Assembly (NCBI RefSeq): GCF_003704095.1
Contig: NW_020845073.1
Coordinates: 744,001 to 808,000 of the forward strand
DNA from: Pocillopora damicornis
Taxonomy: Eukaryota
Reading direction: 5' to 3'
Length of the DNA: 64,000 nt
Under the pieces are notes generated by a model. That model did no database searches and had not been told where the DNA came from. It worked only from the letters and a program-made list of their open reading frames with translations. Both the position numbers and the translations under genes were made by a program. Positions 47,101-60,000 of this stretch are shown here, piece by piece (the first letter of the stretch is position 1; the number at the start of each line of letters is the position of its first letter).

Positions 47101-48491
47101 CTGCAAATAATGTCCAACAATGTCCGCTACACCCCCATGGCCTTGTCTCTAAACAGACGGAAGACTTCAGATCGCAGCCTTCCTACTCCGCCGGTCAGGC
47201 TGGTATCGTCTCAGTCACAAGGCAAGATGTTGATGCCGCGTCACGTGTACAACAGTCTAGGAAAAAGAAAGTTGGATCTTCTGCCTCTCTCGCTCACTCG
47301 AGCTCAAGCTCCAACCATGGCGTTGTCCAGGATGTCGAGCCCAGTCCTTCCCTCCTACGGAGCAGATCAGATGTTGGTCCCAGGGTTCTGGCCGGTAGAC
47401 AACGGAGAGCTAAGGCACGAGGCGTTGACGCGAACAGTGTGGGCAGCGGAGCCTCTCTGGAGGGAAGACATGCTGCAAATTTTAAATGGAATCACAGCAA
47501 TGATTCACTGGCTAAGTATCGTCGCCAACCTCGCCGAGATGCCTCCGTGAGGCAGAATTACGAACGACCTGATGTCGATCCCCGTCATAGTGGACAAGCT
47601 ACCGAAAAGCGCCAACACACTCGTTCTTCGAGCGACGGCTGTGTGGTAATACCTCTATTGTGTGACTCGTACCCTTTACATGTATCACACAAACCCAAGA
47701 GAGACACATCAAGAGACAAGGGTTCTGGAGAGGCGTCTGTGATATCCAAGATCAGAAGTGTGGTACAGAAAAACTTTGAAGGAGGAGGCGGACACCCTCA
47801 GCAGTCAGTATCTCAGCAGGGAGAGACTACTTCCATGGTTTCCCCGTCTACAGTAAAAAGACTCAACCAGTGGGCTGAGGCATGTCCTGGAGAGACTTAC
47901 GAGATGACAGAGTTTGGGCTACAGGAAGAGAACTCCTCGAAAATACGTCAAGCGGTAAAGCAGCCCAGTACCTCGGATCAAATCTTCGCAAACATTGCGC
48001 GATCTGATCAGAAGCACTCAACACAGAAGTTCAAATCCTACCGTGACTCAGACAGTGACGCAGATACGGAGATCGCTATCGAAGGTGAACGAAACCTGTT
48101 CGGTCACCCTCGGAAAGTAATAGGTTATTTCGAGGTGGAAAATGCTTGGATTCAAAAACCAACATTCGAGGCTAATCCTTCTCGTTCAGCGGACACGGAG
48201 AGCGTTGCTTCATCAACTTGTAGCTGTGACCCAGTGGAGAATGTCTGGATTCGTCGTCCAGACGCCCAAAGCTCTACAAAAGGTAATTGTGGGAAGTGTA
48301 ATCGCAGTCGAGCCGTTAAGAATTCGGAAAAAAATATTCCTAAGAAACAGATGGTGAAAAGTAGACGAGATTCGACTGACTCTCCAATATCCAGCCCCAG
48401 CTTGCATCGTGTGTTCAAGAGCACGTCAGGGCGCGAACAGAAAAAGAATTCTGATTCAAGCAAAAGAGGAGTCAAAGTTACGTCGCTGTAA
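38111..48491 (+). CDS. APC: Adenomatous polyposis coli (APC) homologue, ~1535 aa. Proposed exons 38111-38129, 40802-40860, 41524-41877, 42160-42288, 42443-42577, 42908-43039, 43361-43483, 43902-44015, 44575-44806, 45181-48491
   Basis: The terminal exon encodes DMVQSLLSMLGTHDKDDMSRTLLAMSNSKDSCAAMRQSGCLPLLIDLLHG, RGRREIRVLRLLE, LMKLSFEEDHR...ELGGLQAIAEL, VLRNLSWRAD, LSALWNLSAHCSDNKAEIC and CGALWNLSARC, all very close to recalled APC ARM sequence. It ends VTSL* (human APC ends VTSV). Upstream exons splice in frame. The first two exons and the start codon are less certain. Confidence 0.88.
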
Positions 48492-48792
48492 GAAAGCCAT
48501 TCAATCTCACGCATGGAATTTTATGAAAAAATCAAGGAACAATTCCTTTTAAAGTGGTTTAATACATAGTTCATCATAATGGCAAAGTCTGTAGCTCATA
48601 TACTGAACACCTCTCGAGTGGTTTACATTATGAAAGGCTTTTGGTGTCAGCAAGTGGTAAATTTTCCTTAATGAGAACTCCGAAAGTTAACTTTATTCGT
48701 CAAGATCATCCTGATTGGCTGTTGATATCTGTTCAAGAAGGGATGTGGAGGGTATCAGGTGATTAAGTTGTGTCGAATACAAAATCACTGTA

Positions 48793-49325
48793 GATATATC
48801 TAGTGTTGCTATGTTAACGACAGCTTCTATTTGGGGGGAAAATATGCACGGATATTTGTCTGCGGATATTATCTGTTCCAAGATGCGAACAGTTTTCCGA
48901 GAACGAAGCTCGAGGAGATTTATATGGTTCGAGGAACAGATAATGTCCAAGGAACAGTATACGAGGATAATTTCGCTCATAGTAGAGGCTTTTGTGGTTA
49001 TTATCCTTCAAGTGTTTTGCAACGCGTGTGAAAAAATGTTTACAAACAGGGTACTGCTGCCGGTGTGGGGTGTTTTGTTTTTTATTCTCTTGTACGACTT
49101 AATGAACAAACAATTCTTTCCCTCCTTCAGTAACAACTACAAAACGCTCTCTCATTTTGAATTAAATTTTAAACGAGGATTTATGGTAGTGGACGTAAGG
49201 TTTAAAATTGGGGAACATCACTTGGGTGATATCCACGGATATCCCCCAGTTTTAGGTGGGAATATTCGGTCACGTTATTTTTAGACCAATCGCGCGCAAG
49301 CAAAAATAATCGATGGATCATAACG
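48793..49325 (+). mobile_element. Non-coding interspersed repeat inserted downstream of the APC stop codon (probable 3' UTR)
   Basis: Internally repeated GGATATT/ATCTGTTCC-GAACAGATAATGTCC inverted motifs. The ORFs over it (48811..49284 etc.) have no recognisable domain. Confidence 0.55.
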
Positions 49326-51055
49326 GTATATATTACATCATATACTCACAAATTATAATATATGGTCAAAGTTATTTGTATAAAACACCAGTCTTCTCAT
49401 CTTTTATGTGACAATGATTACAAGCTCATAAATTGCCTCATGGCTTAAATTGGTTTGAAGTTTGTTCAAGGCGTTGTTGGATTTAAATGTTGTCGTTAGC
49501 CACTGCTTTCGTTTGGAGGAGCTAGGAATGTTACCTTACGACGTTTGCATCCTCCAGGTAATTGGTAAAACATGCCAGAAATTAACGTGGACGCTAAAAC
49601 GCGGCGAGAATTTGGAACAGGCAGTGAATAGCGAACTTCTTAAGACTGAAGGTTTTTATCCTAACCTTTCACAAAAGCTTCTCTAATCACCTTCACCTTG
49701 TAGGCAAAGAAAAGTGGTTCAAAAGCCATCATTTTTTTTGTTATCTTCACGAGGTGTAACTGTTGCCTTTAGCTTCGTGTGCAATATTTGAAGATCAATA
49801 TTAACTTATTATTTTTGCAGAGTTAAGTTCAGAAGCTAAAGAGACGATAGTAATAAAAATTTAAATTATTTCTACTATGTGACTGTCTTTTCCTTGTACA
49901 GCTTCAGTGATCAAAATTCGGGTTGTTGGTGAAACCTTTTTAAAATCTGTTCGTTGTCACGTGTCATTAAATATGATTAAGTGAGAACTTTCGTTAGAGT
50001 ATGGATATAACAAAGCGTAATCAAAACTGCATGCTGAACAAATCGGAAAATATTTTTTAAGGACCTAATATTACATAAGTGGGAAAAGGTGAGCTAACAA
50101 GTCGCGATTAGTTGTTAGGTTAAAATACAGGCTCGATTATTTCGATCAAATCTTGGATAACTTTGGTCAATTGACGACTGCCTTCACCTAAAAACATCTA
50201 CTTGAAGGAGCCAACTGAATTGCACCCGGTCGAGATCAGCGAAAGCTGAAAGTTATTCCCTTCTGTATTTAGTTACCTATATGAAAATATTTTTCTTCAA
50301 GAAATTTTCGAAACTGTGACTGCGAAGATCCCTAACATAACCGTTCGTCGAATTTCTTCATACGAAATCATTCCATGTTTTAAGTTTCGTTTCAAGAGCG
50401 TTACAGCAAGGCCACTGTATGAGGTATGACGAAGTGATGTATGGGTAAACAACTTGCTATCTTGTACATAGTGAAGGAATTTTATTACCAATTTAAATTG
50501 GAGCAGGTCCACAGAATCACAGTGGAAACTGATTTTTCTTTTTAGTACATTAATAGCCTAGATTTCTGTGTTTGTCCAACATCATCGACAGAAAGGTAAT
50601 AGAGAAAGCAGCGAAATCACTATTTACTTTAGGCACTTCTAACGGTCAGAAATTAAAGTAACAAAATATAGCATCCTCGGCGAAATCTCACCAGTAGCCG
50701 AAAAATGTCCGACGTCATTTGGCTATTCGAGCTCCTGAAATATAGAGTTGCTTAGCAACGTCGATTCGTTTTTAGTCTCTTAAGCGAGGAATATTCTGAT
50801 GTCTGGGTGGAACGCTCGGATTCCCAAATTTTTCTGACTCTACTCCATATCCACGACTAGTATTTTAAAGTACAAATTACCACGCAATGCCCGCATAGTA
50901 TCCCTGACTCATCGCAATGAATTACAATATTTGTGAATTGTAGTAATTTTTTCCTGCCTATAAACTTGGGCAGAAATTACGCTTTTGAAATTCCTTTATA
51001 TAGCTAAATATAAATTGTCTTTCCTCTTATCAAGGACATTGATTCAATGATTTTT

Positions 51056-54000
51056 TTAAACCGCGATGATATCTAATGCTCTATCGTTTGGAAACAGTTT
51101 ACGCACAAGCATGACTACAAACTGTGGTCCTTCCATGAGAGAATTCAGAGGATTAGCAATAAATGAATAAGCTTCCATGATGTGTTCTGCTAGACTCGCG
51201 TATTGTTTGTTAACTCGAAGTGTTTCCAAGTTATTCAGAGCTTGCTCGGCTTCGGCAGTGGAAGAAATGACACGTCCGCCTGGGGCTAACTGCTTTGTCT
51301 GCCACGAAAGAACAAAAAAAAAAAGCAACATTAGGCACACTTTGGAAGTAGTTCTTCTACGTTGCACATTAAATTTCCAAGATGATTATTTGTAAAGCCG
51401 CAAAGAGTACGTTGTTAATGAGTCGAAAGTAATACATGATTGCATTAATTTCATTCATTTCGCCTTGTATTGGTGTAAAAAACTCACGTCATCCAATCAG
51501 ATGTGAAAATAAAGCCAGTTGCGCTCAGTTCCCTATCGTGTTACCGCGCTGGAAATCGAGTATTTGTGTTCCTTGAGATATCAGTGGTATATAAATTTTG
51601 CTCTTAATGGCCGTTGTGATAGCTATGGTTTTAGTTCTTCGACACCAGATGGTAAAGTGGTAAAGTATTCTGAAAGTTTCAGGAAAAAATTCTATTTTGA
51701 ATCTCAAACAGTGAAATTGGACTGAAGGATTCTGATCGTACCCCTTTCGGTTCTCGCACATATCCTGGGGCTTTGGCTTCTAGTCTCAAAAGAGAGTTTG
51801 AAGGCATCTGTGCCAGCAGGAAAGCTTCCAATGCGCGGCACATGAACCGGAATCTGCAAAGAAATGAGAAATTAAAGAACTACGTACAATGTACTGATTT
51901 TTAGGTGAGTTTGTTTCAACATAGTGTTAAAAACTGGAGATCGCTCAAGTGATTCACGAGTTTCTTCTAGCACCCTAAATCAACTACCCTCAATCACAGT
52001 TCTGTCAATAGAGGGCTACAGTTTATCAATCTTGAAAAATTCGACTGACACTTCTTTTAAAATTTTTGTTTATCCATCCTTCATCACCCTGTTTTTTTTT
52101 TTATTATCCTTATCTCGTAGATGTTTGTCAACCCGAAAAAAAATCATTTTAAGCTTTTATTTCATTCGGTGACAATACTCTGTGTCGCTGAAATGTGACC
52201 AAAAAAATTGCAAGGTGCTTCCTTCAAAGTAGTTGTGGTAGAAACTGCCCGCAGAGAGCGTCGACTGTGTTAGAGACAATCGGCTCAAAGAAAAAACACA
52301 AAAATACTCACTGAACACTAAGCTGCGACTTCTTTCCAAATCCAATTGCTCCTAACAAACCAGCAGAAGACTTGTCTTCTCCTAACGAATGCAGATACGA
52401 AGCAAGAAATGACAGCTGTTTGGTCAAATCTTGTAAAGGTCCTTTTGCATAGTAAACCTGTCTCACAGACAGTTGGAGAATCTTGTGCCACAGTAACGTA
52501 ACCTTAGTTTCAAATTCACGCCTATGATAAACGAGATTAAGAAACTCAAATAAAGGCAGGTTCAGACACAAATCTTTACCCCATGATCTGATTCGTAACT
52601 CTCCCTTGCAGATCTATACATTTCCTTTTAAATTGATCCAGAGAATCTTTTATCACATCGTGACAACTGTCTAACTCTCGAGCTGATGAGTGTGTATTCT
52701 GTTTCACCCGCTAAAAATCATATCCATATCCTCACCTCATTTTAATTTGCGAGCACCACGTGACTATATCAGTAAGAACAGACATCTCTTGGACTGGACT
52801 TTGACATGAGGACAACTTAAGGAGTATGTTTGTGTAGAGCGTCAGCAGAGCACCTTGCCTGACACATTCTGAAAGAATAATATAAATCACTCCATGAAAT
52901 ATGTCACTAACCGAATAAAAGTGCATTAGAGTAGCGCCCGAGTAGTTGCAAGAGTTTGTTTTATCAAAGGAGAAGACGCAGACTATTGGTTTTTTGTACA
53001 AATCTTCCAGCCTTCTTCTCCTACGCTACTAGCTGTCAATTCTGCGATAGATGGTGAGTTAAGTTAATACCCTAACAGTGTGCAGCTGAAAACAAACCAA
53101 AAAAAGAAAAACAACAACAACAACAACAACAGGAGTTCTTAAAATTTTCAAAGGCTATTACATCAGTACCACAAAATTGAGATTATTCATTCTCGATATC
53201 TAAGCGTGATAGTTGATAAGAGCAAAAACCAGAACTCATAACCGAACTATGAAATCACATAGGACTCGTGATCGAGTCTAGTCCGGGATTTTCGTGTTGT
53301 ATCCTCTCACAGTGTCACAATCTCTCTTTATATAGGTGAGCGGTTTGTCCCGAGGAGCTGGCGAGAATTGGCCTGGAAAATAAAACAAAAATAGAACTGA
53401 CCTTGAACAAATTCATCTTGTGCGAGCTCCGGCACCGCTACACTGGGCACAACTTGTGCCCAGCCTCCATCCACGTCCGTTTGAGCCCCAGTGGGGTTTG
53501 GTGGCGAATACTTTGTAAAAAATGACTGGATTCCAGTCTCCGCAACGGAGACCATGTACTGGATGTTAGCAAGGGTCCTACAAGCTGCCGATATGGACAC
53601 CAAGACAACCATTGTACAAGAAGTATCGCGGATGAACTGCAATATAGAGTCCAGAGTAACACGGAGTACATCTCCCACGGGAGAACAAATGTTCAAGAGG
53701 TTGAGTGCCTCGGACATCATCATGCACACCTCTGATGCAGTACTTGCTGGATCAACACCTAGGTGGAAGGTCATTCATAGTTCACAAGATGACATTCTAG
53801 AAATTCACGCCAAGTCAGAGAAAGCTGGTGACTGATCAACGTAAGTGGTCAAAACATATCTTAGGATACCTTTGAGAAAATCGAAGCTTTAACGGAAATT
53901 ACCGCTATAACAAGGGTGGCGCTTCTCACACTGCGCAACTTTCTGCAGGGAAGAGCGATAATTTCCCTTCGCGTTTTCTTGTGAAGCTATAGCGAGTGCA

Positions 54001-57000
54001 TTCCAAAGTGTTTTATTGGTTACTGAGCGTTTCTGCCTTGAAAATAATTCGAAATTTCTCAGACGAGGAATTTTCCGTTTGTAGGTTAATGCGCTCTTTA
54101 CTGACCTGAACCAGCAACAGACTCGATATCTTTAAGTACAAAAAAAATCACTGGTCCGTAAGATTTGACTTTGTGTTTTGTGTCCATCGAGCACTTGGAC
54201 AGCAAACTTGCTACACATCGAACGTACGACGCACGCTTTGCTGCTGTGTCCTGAAACAAGATAGAATTTTGGCTTGTTACTCGAAAATATTTGAAATGTT
54301 TATAATTTCCAAGTAACTTACACACAACTAACGATTATTAGCATTCCTGCCCATCTTGGATGGCAGGAAACTCAGGATGAGAACTCCCATAAAACATGGG
54401 GAAGGAAGGGTGTGTCATGCTTCTTGACTCTAACGATGAATTTCGCTCACGTTTTCGAAACGTCAGACCCTGTTATTGACAACAGTACTTTTCAGGACAA
54501 CGTTTCGCAAACGGACGATCAGACCACTTGATCGACTTCTTGAAACCGTGCACTCTAATTCAGAGCAAAGTAGGTTATCACCATGTCATACCTAAGACAT
54601 TAACTGCTCCCAGCTTGAGTAAAGATATGAAAAAAAAAAGAAGACTAGGCTTCCGTGGTCACAATCATGTTTCTACTCAATTCAGATCATGCCATGATAC
54701 CTTAGGGAGGTCAAAATTGTGCAATTTGTTGCACGCAGTTCTGCACTCGGGAATATGTACGAACGGGACAATTTGTCCCCACCGTGGGGGGGGGGGGGGN
54801 NNNNNNNNNAACCTCTAAAATTGCGTCTCGGTCAACCGCGATGGAGGGCTTTCATTCTGAAATTCTCTTTCCCTATTAGCAAAATTTCTGGTGAGGATGC
54901 CCATCTGCTATTTTCTCGACACGTTAAAATCTACGCTCTGGTTTGTACCGTTATTCCACCTATCACCAATTCTGGCTTATGTCTAAGAAGCTTGATGACA
55001 TGAGGAATGTTAAAATAGAAAACAATTAACAGGCCATTCTGCCCATTTTTAACAATCAGCACAGCAAAGGCATTTCAGAAGAAACTTACAGGGCGTGTAG
55101 GTTGCATGGAGCCATCTTCAGAGACTACAATTCCTGCAGCAGCTCTGATCAACCTAAAATAAAACAAAATACTCTAACACACCAACACACTATTAACTTA
55201 GTGTGCACCAACTACACCAGAGGCTAATTTGAAACCGCTGTCCTGTCTTGAGTAAGGACCGATTTGTTCAAACTGACCGAGACGACTACTGGAAATGTTT
55301 TTGAAAAAGCCTTCGGAAATCGAGGGATATATGTTTCTCTTCAATATATATCCCAACACCATTTCTTCAACCAATTCCAAATGGCTCTATTCATAACCAG
55401 GAAGTCTACCACAGTAAGATCACGAACAAACGGCCTTTTGTGTCGAAGCGGCTCATCAAACAGCAGTTACAAAAAGACGTTTTTGAAGTGAAAATCAGAT
55501 ATTGTCTTGAGAGTTATATTCATCGATAGATTGAAAAAACTGTGATGCCGGTAAAAGAACTGGAAGCATAATTTTCCAGGGTTTTGATTTCGTGTGGAAA
55601 AGCTAAGTTACTAACCTCAACGCATGCCAGATGCAAGATTTCTCGTCTAGCACCAACTCAGCCGAACCGTTATCAACTTGCCAAGAGACAACTTGCTCGA
55701 AAGTTCTGTGAAAATGAAAAAAAATGTCATTATTTTGTGGGATTTACTTCAGTTTGACAATTGGATTTTGCAAGACCAACCAAGGAAACAAAGATTTAGT
55801 TGACAACCAAAACAATCAAAACAAGACAAAACAAAAACCAACTTGCACTAAAGTGAGTATTCATTCTGCTTAATTCAATTGAATTCAATTGATGAGATGC
55901 TAACAAGCCGATTCATAGCTCTCCAAAGATCTAATCCCTCAAACTTAAAGTAGAATACCGGAAATCTAAAAGCAAAGCATTAGTTCAATACTTACCTTCC
56001 ATCAAGGTAATGCCAGGGAAATGCGAGAGCAACATTGAGCAACTCTGGCATCTTGGAACCCTGTAAACAGAACGTATCTTAAGTGTCTGATTCCAAATAT
56101 CTCAAAAAGAATTCTCCATCATAACCTCAGTCTCATTTCCTTGGTCCCCGAGGTGAGAACCTTCAATGTTACGTCTGTAGAAACCTTTGTTGGGGTATTC
56201 TCACAACCTACTTACTAACAAAAATGTAGATATAGTAAGGAGAAGGTGTACATTGATCATTTCTTGATGGAGAATAAGAGTTACACTTTTCCATCCGGGC
56301 TGACGTGACACCGTGTACTAAATCACAGCCAACCACAGCAAAAAGTACAACGTTCTTGAAGCATTCTATGTTACTTCTATGTCGCTAGTTGTTGCGCTAG
56401 AATTGTTTGGCAGTCCAGCGTAATATTCACGGCGCTGTAGTACGAGCAAGTCTCATTTTTTTCTTTCGCACTACTCTAGCAACGAGAATAGTTTTGTTCG
56501 CTTGACAGATTTTCACACCAAATGATTCATTTTGCGGTTCACCGGACACCGGTTTTTCTGCATGACGGGTCAGTTCATTTACCTGTACAGCCATGACTCC
56601 CTTCTCATTTGAAAACATGACCAATAGATGAAACAATGAAGAATGGAGACGAGTCACAGCCTCTGCGGTTTGACCCTCCCTAGATATAGAGAAATACGTG
56701 TAATTCCATTAAGTAAATTTAGAACACTCCTCGAAACGAACTTAAAGAGGGTGCAGTAAAATACTTTGACTGATCATGACCAGGTTACTAGTTTTTGCTC
56801 TTCTTAAAAACTGAAGAGGAAATACTCCCTTCATTTCTGCCTTGTGAGTATTTTGATGTTACCAACATCTTGGGTTTTTGTTTTTGTTCATGCACTTTAT
56901 GCAGTTGGTGAAGCATAGCATTTAGAGGAAGAACTTTACAGGGTCTAATTTAATTCTCTCTATCTCAGCTCCTGAAAAACGCTCAAGAAGCGACCCCGAA

Positions 57001-60000
57001 AACATACTACACTCCTGAGGTTGAAACATCATAGTGTCCGTTTTTGTCGGAAGACAACGAAAATCAGGCAACAGATGTAACAGGCTCTTTCTTCATATGC
57101 TCAATCTAACTAGAGAGCCCAAACAGTAGGGCGTAAACACGGAAAGATTTCTTATTCTTGATAAAAAAGAGTTTATGTTCGTTTTAGAGTCGTCAAAATT
57201 TTAGTACCTTAAAACTGGTCATGATCCAAACTTTAATTTTGCAAAAGTAACAACTCCGTAAAACGCGGTCCATCGAAAAGAGTACCAGGGTAGCTACTTT
57301 CAGAACTTAAAAGATACATAACACATGCAACTTACGAGTACAGAGAAATTATGTGGTTCCAGTCCATCAGAGGAAATACGGCACCAAGGAACCTAAAACT
57401 GTTCTTGCACACACCATACAGCTAAGAAGAGAGAAAATTATTACAATGTTACACGCTCTTCAAATATGTTTAAGAGCTTTGTTTACTCGAAGACCGACGA
57501 AAAGTTTAGAGGTCCTTCAAGCGCTCTCACCGGTCGATAGGTGTATTTAAATGAGGGTATGAAAACACGATTTTGACATTTTAGATTTTGGGAAATATTT
57601 TACAAATACAAAAGCAGATTTTATCCTCGTTTGAATCGTAGCCGCATCCAAGAGCTGGAGAGACTTGAGAAAAAACTCGGACGTTATGGAAACGTTTCCT
57701 AATTCTCCTCATCTCTTCCGACCCCCTCCCACCGCCTCTTTAGATAATACAGTGTGAACATAGTAAAGGTTTTCTGATGCTCTGATAACTTCGCCCTTCA
57801 TATGTTTTTGCATCCTGCAAACATCTTTGAAATATCTCCTACTACGAAAGTAGTGCTTATGTGTAACAAGAAAGCATTCTGAGAACTACTTTTTAAAGGG
57901 CAAAAACGCAAATTTTCAGAGAAAAAACAACAAACCTCCTGCATAAGTTGCATGTTGTGTAATGTCGGAATGAAGCTCTGCCATGGGAGTTGAAAGAACT
58001 TAGAGCGATACACTCTGAGCACGTATTCGGGTATTCCTTCTTTGGTTAAAGATGATACGAAGAAACTCCAAAACATGTTCATCATAGATGATCCGCTGTG
58101 AGGAGCTGAAATGTAAAGAAAACAAAACCACTCGGTCAAGAAAGATGCTAAAAGGGCTAACTTCAATTGATTTCGTCCCAGTCTGACTAAGTTAAATAAA
58201 AAAACAACAACAAGGCAAAGAGAGAAGACAAGAAGAATAAAAGAAGGAACAAATCATAGCAGAACCAACAAAAAATACAGCAGACCGTACGCTGTAAAAA
58301 CAGCAACGTCATGTTTGGCCTAACATATTATTATTATTTTTTTTTTTATCCGTTTTACTTTTCTCTATTCTGACCCACCCGTGTTCGCTCTTGGTTTCCT
58401 GTTGTCCGTTTTGCATTTTTCTTGAACAAATTTGGAGTATCTTCCAAAGGCGTTAATCGTAATCCTCCAGGAAAAGGTGCTAATAAACGTTTTATTCTTA
58501 AACCTTCGTCCACTTTGTCCTATATACATTTAAATCAGCACAGTTTTGCCTATATCATACCATTTAAATGGGTCTGCAGGCAGTTCAATGTATCGGTAAA
58601 CAAGTTGATCATATCTGCTGCTTGAGGAACTTCACTCTCATTCCAAGGAGCTACTGGTACATTCCTGTAAAACGAGTAGATCAGGTGTAACTGGTCATTC
58701 TCAAACCAAAAACGAAAAAACTTATAAAAAAGAAATACCAAACAAAAAAAAAACAAAAACCAAAAACCACATCCGAAGAAGCATTTACATATCAGCAGCA
58801 GCTCAAAGGTTTCCAGTGAGAATGGGAAAGTTAAATGATGTTCAAAACATACCCAGGAATAGGAGACTCTTGTGAGCAAATCCATGGCTCAAACACTCTG
58901 CAGATCAGCGCCCAGAGTTCTGTAAGAACTACAGAAATAAAATACAGCGATAGGGAATCACATAACTACTTGATCTGCGAGTGTGCATTATGTGGATCAT
59001 GGGGATTTCGTGGAAATTTTACGATTCCTCCTGATTTTCTTTTCATCCTCGCTTCGCACAATTTATCAGAATTCCCCGAAAATTATTAGTGTCATACCTA
59101 ATGTTCTTCATGTTTTCTCGAATAGAAGCCCAGGCGCTTATTTATGGTAAGGGCGCCTATTATTCTCCTGTACTGATTCCGTCGTAGTTGAAGCTTAAAA
59201 ATTTAGGAAGTAACAAAAGAAACAAGTTTTCCTTGCATTCCAACTATTTAAGAAACTGAGGGAGGATGGAGCGCTTATTCGAGAGGGGCGTTTGTTCGAT
59301 ATTGTAGCCTGAGATGGGGGGTGGCTTACTCGGGGGTGGGTGCTTATTAGAGCGTCAGCCCTTATTCGAGGAAATACGGTATCAGCCATTTCTTATAACA
59401 CAAGGCTTCATACCTTTCTCTAATCCTTGGCCCCGATTGGCATACACAACAGCCGCTCTTCTGACGACAATCTGCTGACACATGAAACCGAGGACAAGAG
59501 ACAGCTGCTTGATGTATGGCCTCCACATGGTGTAGAGGCCACCAGTCACGTGACCTCCTAGTTCAGCCCGTTGACCGCTGAAGTACTTGGTGAGCCAATC
59601 AAGAGTTTCGAGCACCTAAAAGATCGAAGCGAAAGAGGATATTGTAAGAGTTAGAGAAAAGAGTCTTTTTAACTGTTGGAATTTGACACTTATTTGACTC
59701 TCCATATCTAAAGTTAGTTGGGAGCAACAAGTGTGTAATGACATCGTCTACTTGATGGTAAATTTTGATATTCCTCCTGCTTATTTGCTTGAACATCAAT
59801 AACCAAGGAGATATTCAAAGCGATATTCGAACGAGATTTCGGGTTTGAACGCATAACCACAGAGATAACTCATATTAAGAACCATGCTTACTACAAAAGC
59901 CAACGGATGTTCTCCAACAGGGAATGAAAATATTTTCAAATTATTTGCCAAAAGGTTGTAATCAAGAAGCAAAACAGAACACAACTATTGTCGTTAACCG

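Noticed and set aside
45421-48514. Alternative-frame and antisense ORFs overlapping the APC exon
   Set aside because: Shadows of a long, GC-richer coding exon with no independent signals
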